From: Albugo candida
Taxonomy: Eukaryota
Reading direction: 5' to 3'
Assembly (NCBI GenBank): GCA_040437565.1
Contig: JBDOQK010000034.1
Location: 186,001 to 250,000, forward strand
Length of the DNA: 64,000 nt
The position numbers were made by a program, and so were the translations under genes. Positions 47,601 to 60,199 of this stretch are shown here, piece after piece. The notes beneath the pieces were generated by a model. That model was not told the origin of the DNA. It saw only the letters and a list, made by a program, of their open reading frames with translations, and searched no databases. Position 1 is the stretch's first letter. Every line of letters begins with the position of its first letter.

Positions 47601-50600
47601 GGCTTCTTGACAACCAGCACATTCCAAATTGTATAGATGTAGAAGCGCGAAATAAGGATTCCAAGTCTACTAAATTCACAAATTTTGTGTCAGATTCTGA
47701 CATACAGACACTCTTTACAGACGTGGTGGCGTGGATAGGCAATCGAATCGATGTCGTCAAAAGTACACTGGATTGCTTACAGCCAGAAGATCCAGCTTCT
47801 CTCGCACAGATTAATACAACATTGGACATGGCTTACGTTGTCTTTGTCCTGACAAACGTTGATTCGGTGCCAGCTGTTTCAATGAAGGAGCAGTTGAGAC
47901 AGTTGCAGCAAAAAATCGTGGCGAGCATCATACAGAACATACAACCTGATATCTTACTTGAGCTATTGACGCTAAATAATACGGCAGCTTTGACGGTCCA
48001 ACTTTTGTTCAGGCGTTTGGAAACCTTTTTTTTGATCACGAAAGGGCCAAATGCTTTGAATACTCAAGCCAATGTTGCTCAATCTTCTATACGGCTATTG
48101 GCAACTCAACTGGCAATGCAAGTTGGAGCTCTGTTAGAGTCTCTTGTGACTTCCAAGAAAAAGATTACGAAATCTCCGACAGAATTCTGTGGGGTTAGTA
48201 AACCCCAAATATCGTTTGGCTGGCCGTCACAAGAATCTCCTTCGGTGAACAGACGGAAGAGTCCGGTGTCAAAATCGTTTTCAGATACGCATACTTCACT
48301 AATTAACGATGTTCCTGGCGAATGTTACCTCGCATCCGAAAAAGAGGCTGACTTTTTAGATGAAAGGTACATTTGTGCTTCTCTAAGCAGAGAATTATAA
48401 ATTCTATACAACTTGCTCATCCATATCTCTGATTTAGCGCGGAAACTCGTGGAGGGGTAAAACAAAGTTTTATTCGACACGATATCCATGTAAACGTCCG
48501 GATGTGGGCTCTCCGACTCCTGACGAATCTGGATATATCCTCTGCTATCAACATCATCCAAGATGTGGCTCAAGAGCTCCAATTGACACCTGAGGCTTTG
48601 ATTGCACTAGCATCGTTTTTGTATCGTTCTCATCCAACTGAACAAAATCCCGAGTCACATTTTTTGGAGTGTTCGGAATCAGTCAAACGTCTTGCTCTCT
48701 TCCTACGACTTTTAGATTGTGCAATGGAAGATATTGAAAAAGAAGCAGCCTCGACACGCCTGGATGTGAAGGAATTTTTCGCCAAGGATGTGACAATTGA
48801 GAAAAAAGCAGGCGATCGGGTTTTTGCTTTCTACTATCAAGCGTTCGTTGCTTTGAAAGCATGTCTTTCTACTTTTGAAAAACAGAAGAAAAGCTTGCTT
48901 CATCTCACAACTCAAAGTATTCTGCCGGTGGATCTGACAAATATGATCACAAAAATGCTAGAGTGTACAGCTCAGGTAGGCTCCGAAACAAGATATTGGA
49001 CTTTAGAGGTCATTCAACTGCAGGTTTTTGAGATTTCTTTCCGTCTGGATCCCGAATATGCGGCCGAATTTCCAGACCATTGTATGCAACATCTACTACA
49101 TTCCGTTCCTTTTGTTCGCATTATTGCTGCTCGATGCCTTCAGTCAGTATTCTACATGTATCCCAGCGGTGGGGCTCAGATTTTCTCAACGCTTTTGCAA
49201 GTTCTGGACGAAGAGTATTTTAGCAGTAAGCAATCCGCCCAAACTACAGATGAATCAAAGCACGATCTTCCATGGAACAGTCGTGTCATGTGGCATCTAT
49301 TGTATGTATGTGGGTCATCCGATATCAACGTGTTGCCGAGTGCCCTGGCCGTTTTCCTGTGGTCATTGCGTCATTTGTCCCACCGTTTTGAGCCCGGTAA
49401 CATATATTCCGCCGCACATGAGTGGTTGCGGTCTATTGGCAATTTTTATGGCTATCCAAGCGCACAAGACATGATGAATTCTCATATGCTTCAGGTATGG
49501 ATGCAGTGGTGCCTCAAGCTGGGTGTAGATGGTTCAACCGAAAGACCTTTTTCAATTCTTGAGGCACTAGAAGCATTCCCTGTATACATCCTGAGTCCTT
49601 TAAGTGTACGAACAAGCTCAGAACATGCGTCAATCCCATGTATTGCACCAAGATTTTTCTTACGACACATTAGTGTCATACTTCCAGTAGCAATACTTGT
49701 GCAAGCGCGAGTCGCACACACCCAGGGCACGAGAATTCACTTCAAAAGTATTCAAGAGGTATATTCTTATCTCGTGGACGACGATCATAACGCTATGAAG
49801 AATATTGGGATCCATTGTATCAGCGATTCGATAGCACTGGCCGCAGTGCTTTCAACGTTTGGTGATCGCCTTGACAACGCAGGACAACGAAAGCATGTGG
49901 CTGATTTGGCTGCAGTAATTATCAACGCAATAAAGGATGAAAACACGCTTAACGATGAATTTTCTTCCGACCAACTGACATGCATTGTTGCAAAGATCAC
50001 GCAGCTGGCTATGTCTGTCTATCTTCCCGAGTCTTGGATATCGAGCGGAGAAGAATCCACGTATTCAACGGTGCTAATCGCTATGGTAAGTGGACATGAT
50101 GACCGGAAATTCTGGAAAGCAGCCTTACTGAAACTTGAAGAAGAGTTCCTTCGTGTTCCCACTCAAATGATCGAAAAACCGCTGGATCGCGTCAATCTAC
50201 CCCAAATATACGCATGTGTATGGTTATTGCTGCTGACAACCAGCTGCGATTCTCATTCGACACGAGCAGAACCAACTGTGGACTGCCTGGAATGTCTGAT
50301 TGACCAAACAAAAAGCTTCTGGACCGAGCAAGAAGCACTATCTCGATTTATCATGCACATTCTTTTCACTACCACCCACCATCTCTTGTCCACTTTGTCG
50401 ACGACTACAAAGCACTTTGTCAAATCTAGTCACGAATATACCAAAGCTCTAGACCGTGCACCGGTGGAAGCTACCAGTATCATCGACTCTGCGGAGCAAT
50501 TGACACGGATTCTTTGTACGCTGAGTGAGATATTGGCACAGGAACCAGCTTCAACGCATGCCTTAGGTAGAAGGCTTACTTGGATGACAGAGCACGTTTG

Positions 50601-53600
50601 CAGGATGATGCAAGTTGCCAACGATTCGAAGTATTTAGACAAAATTAAGGCAAATTTGGAGGCTTTAACACTCCTTCTAGTTCAGGTGGCGGAGATTTCA
50701 GATAAGACTTGGCTCAATTCAGATTCAATTCGAAGCGGTTTATCTCCACGCTTGGACGCGCTGAAAGTTTTGTTTGAGAAAGCGAAGGTTAAAAATGATC
50801 AACGACATGGAATGAGATGGGGTGAACCACCTACAAATCATTTATATCAATCGCGCCCAGGACTCTTTGCTACTCAAAATGAGGATGATGAGCTACTACG
50901 AAACATCCAAGATGCTAAAACGCTTCTTCATAGCAATCTTGGCAGGTCTTCAGAGAACATAGATGACATCACAAGTATAACGTCTCGACTACTTCGATCA
51001 TTGCTGCACGAGTACACCAGTCACGCTGATCAGGACGATATAATATCGACTCATTTGCGCTGCATACAAGCTCAAACACTTGGGGAACTTGGTGCACTTG
51101 ATCCGTACGTGTTCTCGTTGACTCCAGATTATGGGCAGGAAGAAAGGGTGCAATCCTGGAAAGGAATGGTCAGGCAAACCGCGTACAATGGGTCCGCTAA
51201 CCATGGTTCAAATATGCCACTCTCCATGCATGAGGTCATGATCTCGGAACTGGTAAGAATCCTTTTCCACCCACACTCATCCAGCCAATGGATCAGTCCA
51301 TTCCACACTGCGCGAGTACTACGAAAAGTCTTGAGTACGTTGTGTCGGCTGGTATCTTCAGATTGTGCCAACCAAGCATTTATGAATTGGAATTGCAAGG
51401 AGCCAGGTCTGAAGTGCTTTGTCGAACAATTAGCGTCAGTCACTTTGATCAATTGGGACCAAGAATGTCTTTTTTTTGAACATAGAACAGGACCCGTCCA
51501 TTTCATTTGGTCACTCCCCGGTAAATCAGGGTTTGACTCATGGATCACCCATACCACAACGTCTATCTTGAAAGTGAGCGCATCTTTGGATGAGAAACTT
51601 AGCTCTTTGGCCTGTGATGTCTCCATTATCGCGCTTCAACCTGGCCTTGCATGTCAATTGTTTCCGCACATCCTTTACATTATCTTTCAAAAATACAGCA
51701 AGGACAATCAAATCTTCAAGGATATCGTGGACGGACTTGAAAGTATTTGTTCGTCTCATAGAATACAGGACATTGAGTCATACCCTAGTGCTGACCGATA
51801 TGCGGTACAGTTCTTGATGCACAGTTTAAATTTTGTTCGCGAGAGAGAGAAGAGAGAATTCATGGAGATGGTGAATGTGCGGCCTGGGCGACCTAGCTAT
51901 ATATTGCGCGGTATATTGGCTCCTATTGACTTGCTCACGGTTGCAGAGGCTACGATTCACGTGAAAATGCCATGTTCCGCCATGCAATATGTGGAAATGT
52001 GGATGGAAAGAACGTACGGAGAACTCGTTAATTTGGGTCGCGTCACGCCTGAAACCCCGGGGAAGAAGAATCTCGATAGAGCTCGCAACATCTTACTGGA
52101 AGCGTACCAGTTTGATGCAACGAATGCAGACGCCATGGATGGATTCAATGAAAAACTCTCCACATCTCAGCGAATATTGTCGCACACTCACGGAAAAGAT
52201 TACGCAAAAGCACTTCCACTGCTTGATGCAATTGTTCAATGCTCTCATTTTTCAGGGTCTGGTCAGCTTAACAATAACATTGAGAGCTTGTTATATTGTC
52301 TTCGAAGGCTGGGGTATGAGCATTTGCTTGGTGCATGTGTGAACCTTACCTCGCGCTCAACAGCTGATAGATCGGAAAACGGCATTAAGCTGCAAGTACA
52401 AGAATATGAGTATGAGAAGCGCTGGCACCAATTGGAATGGGATAAAAAAAGTGATCTGGCTGCGCTCATGTCTTGGCATGATCAAGAGGACGACAAGGAG
52501 AAAGTAAGATATCGACATCATTGCACGTTATTTCATGCTCTTAGAGCCCTGGTGAAGAACGATACAGAACAAACACTTGGAATAATTCAAGAAAGCCAAC
52601 TCGCGATCCTCAAATTGGTTCAATTCGCGGTATGTGGGCAAGAGCAAGTGGCAGATTCTCATAAGGCTCTATTGCATCTGCAGCATCTCAAAGAAGTATA
52701 CGATGCCACCAAACTTCTTTGCCGAACCGACAAAGAGAAGTCCAGCGCACATTCTTGGGAAATTTTGCTTCATCAGTGGTTCAAAAGACATGATCGAATC
52801 CGAGGAGATTTTGATTCACTGGAAAGCATTCTCAGGCTGGAGGAGACATTGCTGAAACTCCTTATACAGCGCGAATGGATCGCTATTGATAAGCAAGAAT
52901 CTAATGCGCGCTATCTGGAGCAGCAAACTAGTGACTGGTCTTCAAACGCGCTGGCAAAAATATATCTTTTGCTTGCTTGTTCTAGTCGAAAGAGCAAAAG
53001 GATCGCGACTGCGACCAAAGCCTTACTATTCTTGCAAGAAATGGATGAGTCTCGACGTCTTTCATTTGAGCACATGATACAGTGGCGCCTGGAGAAATCA
53101 AAGCTTTCATGGGCTCAACGAGATCATCGAAGCGCAATCCAAACAGCTCAAGTCGTGCTCCATCAAATCGATGCTTCATCTGAACCTCGTCACACCCTGC
53201 TGGTCAATGTGCTCACGACTTTAGGAAGCTGGCTCGCTTCTCAGCGGTCAATTAACTCGCACGTCATTATAAACGAGTATTTTTTACGAGCGACGAAGAT
53301 AGCAGACTGCGCACTAACTGAAAGCGGATCTTTTCGAGTCTTGGTCAAGGCATACAGAGCGCTAGGCAATTACATGGCAGATATGTATCAACAAGTCCAG
53401 ACGCGAGTATCGTCAAATGAATGGCTTGCGGGAAAACGTGTCGCGGAAGCACGACAACGAGAATTGAGAGCATGTTTGGATATGGAAGAGAGCAAACAGA
53501 AAGAAAGTCGAGCTCATATCCACACACTTACGAAAGAGATTGAATTTGATCACAAAGAACGGGCCAAAGTGGAATCTTCTGTCGATAATTTCTTGATAGG

Positions 53601-55422
53601 AGCCTTGCAGAACTATAGCAAAGCTCTTCAACACACTTACATCAAGGGAGAGCTCGCAATGATCTTCCGGCTTGTATCTTTATGGTTCAGTAATAACCAC
53701 AAAAGTGCTGTGAATGAAACGATACATCTGGTAGCGGAGTCGATCCCTTCATATAAATTTGTGCCGCTCTCTTATCAAATCATCTCGCGTATTGGCTCAG
53801 AGCCCAATGGAATTGGTACCAAATCACAAGAGTTTACATTTGAACGCGTGCTGAATGAATTGGTAATGAAGCTAGCAGAACAGCATCCACACCATGTCTT
53901 GATACATTTGATTGCTTTGCGTAACTCGGCTGACGTAGAGGGAAGAGGTGCTGCTGAGTTTCGAGTCAACGCTGGCGATGCCAAAGCGCAAGTCGCAGAA
54001 GAATACATGAATAAATTATACGCAACCAAGCAAGGAGATTTACTGAGGGGCCTGCATCTCGTTTCTCAGGCGTATGGGACCCTGGCACTATTTGATACCC
54101 GTGAGGAACAAAAGAAAAGCAGAAAAATTTCTCTCTCAAAAGTCAAGTCACAAGTACCAACGCAGTCTAGACCTCACGGAAAACTGGTTTTATTTGACCA
54201 TTGTACCCGCTACTTCCTGCAGAAAAATCAAAATGTTCACAATATGCCGGCTGTTCTAACGGACAGTATTGAGCCTCGCGCTGATATGGATTACTCGGAT
54301 ATCGCTCGAATTCGGAGTTTTGATCCAAATTTCACGGTCACTGAAACTGGCATTCATCGACCGAAGATTATTTACTGCTTTGGCAGTGATGGTCGGCGAT
54401 ACAAACAACTCGTAAAAGGAATGGATGACACAAGGCAGGATCTGGTCATTGAGCAGATGTTTGTGACGATGAATACATTTCTCCAGGAAGATCCCGCAAC
54501 AAGGAAGCGAAAGCTACGTATTCGCACTTACAAAGTCGTTCCGCTCTCACCCATTTCAGGAGTACTAGAGTGGGTGGACTCAACTCTGCCGTGGGGTTCC
54601 TACCTCGTTGGCCGAACGGGAAAAAAAAATTCCGCTCACGAACGATATCATCCTCATGAATGGAAACATATGGAATGTCGCAATCATTTGCAAAATTCTG
54701 TTGATAAATTGGCTGCCTACCAGGAAATCGAAGCTAATTTCACACCTGTTTTCCACCATTTTTTTCTCGAAACTTACCCCGATCCAGCAATCTGGTACCA
54801 ATGCAGATTAGCTTACACAAAATCCGTTGCTGTCAACTCCATCGTTGGATACGTAGTGGGCATTGGAGACCGCCATTCTCAGAATATTTTAATTCATAAA
54901 GACAGCGCAGAGCTTGTCCATATTGATTTTGGTGTTGTATTCGATCAAGGGTTAGCATTGCTTACCCCAGAGACAATACCGTTTCGTCTCACAAGAGATA
55001 TAGTGGACGGTATGGGAGCCACAGGTTGTGACGGGGTATTCACCCATTGTGCTCAAGAAACCATGAGATTATTGCGAAACAAAAGCTCTTCAGTGATCAC
55101 AATTCTCGAAGTGTTTGTTTATGACCCGCTATATCGATGGACAATATCTCCTTTGAAAGCATTACAATTACAGTGCAACCGCCCGATGATTTCCGAAAGA
55201 CCAAAATCTTCTTCCGTACACCACACGAAGCAGGACGCCAAAAGAAATCACAACGATGCTGCTGCTAGAGCGCTTATACGCGTCAAACAAAAGCTCGAGG
55301 GATATGAGGATCCTAACGGTAATGCACTTAGCGTAGAAGGTCAAGTCAAGTATCTTGTTCAGCAGGCGCAGGATCCACAAAATTTGTCATGTCTTTTTCC
55401 CGGGTGGGCGCCATGGATGTAG
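44691..55422 (+). CDS. ATM: ATM/Tel1 PIKK serine/threonine kinase (~3536 aa); exons 44691-45649, 45700-48366, 48438-55422
   Basis: N-terminal TAN-like CNQLRHAKNLKDRNKAFNQL and a FAT region. Kinase motifs GIHRPKIIYCFGSDGRRYKQLVKGMDDTRQD, GIGDRHSQNIL and HIDFG. FATC DPQNLSCLFPGWAPWM. Introns 45650-45699 and 48367-48437 restore the frame. Confidence 0.95.
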
Positions 55423-55506
55423 TGCATTCATAGCCATTTGATTCGCTATTAAGTGATTACGATGGCTCTGATTGATTAAATTGCTGCAGCCATCAAAGAA
55501 CACAAA

Positions 55507-55707
55507 ATGCCAACCATTATCGATGTTGCGCACAAGACCGCGGCTGCAGGACTTATTGGGCTTACAATCTATGGTCTCGTGGACGTATCGCGAGGTTTCA
55601 GCATCCTCGTCAAACGTAACATAGATCGCAAGCACGCTGCAAAATCATCAGAAATGGAAAAGAACGCACACTCTCCATCGACAGCTGGTCCAGGTCCGGA
55701 ACCATAG
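55507..55707 (+). CDS. COX14: COX14-like small single-TM protein (cytochrome c oxidase assembly)
   Basis: 66 aa. MPTIIDVAHKTAAAGLIGLTIYG resembles the COX14 N-terminus (MPT..D..KT......LT.YG), with a TM followed by a basic tail. Confidence 0.65.
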   Translation: MPTIIDVAHKTAAAGLIGLTIYGLVDVSRGFSILVKRNIDRKHAAKSSEMEKNAHSPSTAGPGPEP

Positions 55708-58700
55708 GAGCTTGCACTTACAAAGCGATGCATTCCAATCAGTGTGACTTTGTCGCTATAGTAAAGCTGTAACCATTCAATATAATTTTTATTACAACCC
55801 TTCTCTCGAGACTAGTTGCAGACAGGACAATATTGATCAATACTCCAATCCCGACGCTGATAGTGGCATCGAATCCGTTGTAACAATTTTGGAAACTTAA
55901 GATCGAGTTTGGCAAGTCTTGCTGGAATCTTGGCTTATTTCCTAGATCAAATTATCAGTGTGTACATTCGATATTGAAGAGTTCTGATCTCGCTCAGAGA
56001 TACTGTCATTGCCAGACCTTCGTTCTGATACGTATATGTCACAGCTCTTTGTACTCCGAATGAAAGACGCGGAGCTCTGACAATAAGCAGGTTATCATAC
56101 TGCCTGATTAATTGCATTGGATAACATCAACACTTCAGCATTATGATTTTTTGGCTATCGAATTCGCACAGCCCATCATACTCGGTTGTATAATCTCTGC
56201 ATTTGATAGATGATCGACCATCCTCAATATGGATGTTCAATGAATCATTTTCTGATTCACCAACTTATAAGTTGAACGGCAATAAGCGATAGCTATTTTG
56301 TGAAGCTCTTTGTGAAGTCAAGGCCGAATAGATGCTAGGACTATCGATTAACGGATATGTTTGAGATTTTGTCGATTCTCAAATTTGGATTTATTTGATT
56401 GCCAAGCAATGAGTAAAGAAATCTTGGAACGCCGTAAGCCGCTAAAATGACCAACGATTAATGATAAAGACTTGGAGTTATTGTGCCAATAAAAACGTAG
56501 CGGTAGGAGTAGACATAGAAATGATCAAAATATCAAGTTGTCGTATTGTTCTTCAATTTTAGCGCGTCCTTCGCTTACTGACGTTAATTTAGAAGAGGTA
56601 ATGATGGCGTATCGAATAGCAGCATTACTCTTCTAATTATTTCGCACCTCCTGACCAGCTACTGTAAGAATCTATTGCTCTTTAGACTTGCAGCGTTCGC
56701 AATCTATGAAGCATAGTTTCAAGATAAAGAATAAATAGCTTCGAAGCAACACGCACTAACTCTAGCCGAATCCGACTCCTGTTTCTGTGCAAAGAAAACA
56801 GTAACCGCTGTCAGTCTCAGGGATACTTGCAATCGAACACCTAGACCAGTAACATGAGTCTCTAGGACAATCAGGATACACACTGAAAAAAACTTCACGT
56901 CAGGAGCATCCCACAATATTGATTCGGTAAAAAGGGGACATTTACAGCTCGAATCGCGCAGTCATAGTTGTTATGCAGCCCCACTTGATGTATGTTTGAC
57001 GGTCTACAGGGACTATATCTTGCGTAAACCTTCCAAGGCAAAGCAGCTTCTTTTTTATTTTACTTTATTTTATTGTAGATTTCCCAAAGGGACATTTGTG
57101 GCAAAATTGTGATTGGCTTGATAGCGGCAACATGCGCAATGAAAAAGAAACAGACTAGTATAGCTCATAAGAAAGCTGAGTGATGTATACCCGTAATGCA
57201 GAATCGATCCCACGAGCAACCTCTCACATTTTTACAACGGTGGCGCTCATAGCAGATCTCTTCCTAGATATGCTCACTAGTATATTGAATGCACAGGTTC
57301 TCATCTCATTTGTCGTGGCAGTTCAAACACTTCACTTTCCGTTGGAACGAACGTGCTTCACAAATCGCCGATTGCGCACAGCAAACGTGAAGAATTTATA
57401 AGGAAGAACTTGATGAAGTATATGGAATCGATCTGACAATGTCATGGGTAAAACTTTGTCAATGCGCGGCTAGCAAATAGTATGTACGTTGGTCGTAGCA
57501 TTACGTCAGTGTTGAACGTGACCATGCAGCACTAAAAAAGTGTCGTAGGCTCGACTAATTGTTAGTGAGTGTTTTGACCGCAGGCCCCATGCCAGCTTTT
57601 TTATGATTATGTGGTCGCTTGTCGGCGGTTTATAGACAAAAGTCTGCGTATAAAATGCCATGCACTGTGCTATCAGAATCTATGGCTTTTGTCAAGGCCG
57701 CAAAACTCTTCAGAAGACGTCTACTTACAGGTCTACTTGCCGTGTAGATGGCATTCCTTGAAATGAATATGCGAGCATAGGCTTATCTACATCATACAGA
57801 AAAAATCCATCAGAATCTACTGGCGCTTCATCAAGATTTGAATGTGCCCGATTTTGTATCCTTTCATGTTCCTGGGCGTCACGAAGCATTTAAGACAAGG
57901 GAAGGCTGTCTACATACAGTATTCTGGGCACGAATATTTCAACGGAAAAGCAACAAATCAGATAAATTATAGCCTGTTTCATGACCTTATTATATAGCGT
58001 ACGAGAATCGAGAGCGCCAATGAAAGAATATTAAGGAACACCTTGCGTCATCGTATGTTACAGCGTCAAAAAGTATCCACGCTACGCCTTTGTTGTTTTT
58101 ATCGTCAGGCACAAAATGTAGACTGGCAACCAAACTGATCTGCTTGAAAGCAGCATCCGCTTTTTCATTGAAAAGCCATGAGTCTTCATCATTTATATCG
58201 GATGAATAGCGTGACATCTACTCAATCCTGCAGTCATTTCACGTTCCTCAATGAGAAGCAGGATTCAAGCCACGGAAAAACGTGAGTGGTCTGCCATGAA
58301 AAGAGTTTTAGCTTGCCATTAATACCGATTGCCGATTCTTACCTAGACATTGTCGAGCTCGCATAGAAAATGAGGCGCATGAGCACCAAGAAATAGACAA
58401 GTACAAATGCAAGTGCAACTCGGATCCTAGTCCTAGTCGGATGGCACTGTTCAGCCTAGTGTGGCGCACTTTGGGACCGTTTTTACAATTTTACAACTTT
58501 ACAGCATTTACAGCATTTACATGCTGCAGTGTCTCGTATTAAGGTGGCTGAGGCTACCGCGATACGTGATTATCAAGGAGAAGACATATTATCATCTCTC
58601 ACAGGTATTTCACGAAACGTTTTTNNNNNNNNNNNNNNNNNNNNNNNNNNNNNNNNNNNNNNNNNNNNNNNNNNNNNNNNNNNNNNNNNNNNNNNNNNNN

Positions 58701-59369
58701 NNNNNNNNNNNNNNNNNNNNNNNNACGTGATTATCAAGGAGAAGACATATTATCATCTCTCACAGGTATTTCACGAAACGTTTTTATATGTAGATATGTT
58801 ATTTAAGATAGCCTAGGCAACTAGAGAAGTCAGTTAGTCTAATTCTAGTAATATAGACACCTTCAACTGAGCACCAAGAAAAAGTGCTAGAGAGAATTTT
58901 GAAGATATCAGACTCGTAAATAAGTCAAAAATGTGCAATTGTCTGCGTACGGATGAATAGGTCGTTTAGACCTAAGTCGCTTCTTTTAACCTAATCCAGG
59001 TGTTTGGGAGATGCAGAAGTGTGTCAAAAAGGGCTGTAATTTTGGCATTTCCTGTAGTTTACATTGTCAACCAACCTTGATAGAAAACAAGCAAACTTGT
59101 TGAAACCTAGCGCAATCATCCCAAGGCAGAGTCAGCCGTTTGCGAAAAAACATCTTTGCATATACTCGTGCACAGAAAATGACGAGATGTGAGATATGCT
59201 GCTGTCCAATTTTCGTAGCAGCGACGTGGTGGTCAACGTTGCTGTAACAGGGAAAGGCGGTGCCAAAAAGTGGGATGAAAATCTTGCTTTTTTTGAATAG
59301 TTAGGACCCTATATATCGCTCAATGAATGCATTGGCAGCGGGAAATGGGAAAACCTAGACTTGAGGGGA

Positions 59370-59593
59370 TTTGTACAATGCGGCGATGTGATAACCCAAT
59401 CACTAGAAATGTTGGGTTGTTGTATCGGTGGCTTGCGTAGTACTCGGAATAGGGGTTTCGAATGAGCACCCTTTGCATGGATGAGCCCAGGCCATAATCA
59501 TTGGTGGCAGCGAGCTCATGTCACTGAAGAGTTCATACGGAGGAGTGTATAAAAGAATTGGGGACAAGAAGAGCACTTGAACGTAGTAAAGCA
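59370..59593 (+). promoter_or_regulatory. Conserved upstream region of effector family member 3
   Basis: Collinear with 34417-34629 (reverse complement). Includes a TATAAAAG at ~59548 and the shared CACTTGAACG just before the ATG. Confidence 0.6.
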
Positions 59594-60013
59594 ATGGTAG
59601 CGTGGTCTAAAAAGCGATTTGGAGGTTACTTATTGCCTCTCGTAATATCGGTAGCATTGCTGAATGGCTCTGTATTCACTGCCGCCACGTCTTTCCAGGC
59701 GGCTCCAGAAGACAGTCAAATGCAGCGTGCATTGGGTAATAAAGAAGAGACAAAGTCTGAGATAAAATGCCTGAGCGATACTAATCAAATTCCCTTGGAT
59801 GCAGCCGGGACATCAACAGCGAAAAGCGATTCCACTGGCAGTGGACCGACCATAGGTCAAATCAGGGTGGGAATTGGAGCAACATTTATTAAAACACGAA
59901 AGAAAGTGTCTCCAGTAATCGATAACGTGGGCAATACTATATGTACTCTAGTCGGAAAAGGAAAAGCGAGACTTGTTGACAACCTTAGCAACATCGATCC
60001 GAATTCCAAGTAA
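59594..60013 (+). CDS. Secreted RxL-motif candidate effector, family member 3 (139 aa; possibly truncated)
   Basis: MVAWSKKRFGGYLLPLVISVALLNGSVFTA signal peptide, then FQAAPEDSQMQRAL. It has only one helical module. Confidence 0.75.
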   Translation: MVAWSKKRFGGYLLPLVISVALLNGSVFTAATSFQAAPEDSQMQRALGNKEETKSEIKCLSDTNQIPLDAAGTSTAKSDSTGSGPTIGQIRVGIGATFIKTRKKVSPVIDNVGNTICTLVGKGKARLVDNLSNIDPNSK

Positions 60014-60199
60014 AGAAACCCATTCTTGAAAAGGCTACAGCGGGGAAACGTACGAGTTCTTTTACAGAAAGAGAGAGCACATCATAGCTTAAATCTAGCT
60101 CTAATGCGAAGCTGAATATGACACCTGAACGACATTTTGGTTCTTTCTACAGCTGTGTCGCTCGCTGATCGGAGCAAGTGAACCTTCGTTGTTATATTG

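Noticed and set aside
41832-55635. Numerous antisense and alternate-frame ORFs within the PDE and ATM genes
   Set aside because: Shadow ORFs of long coding sequences with no independent evidence.
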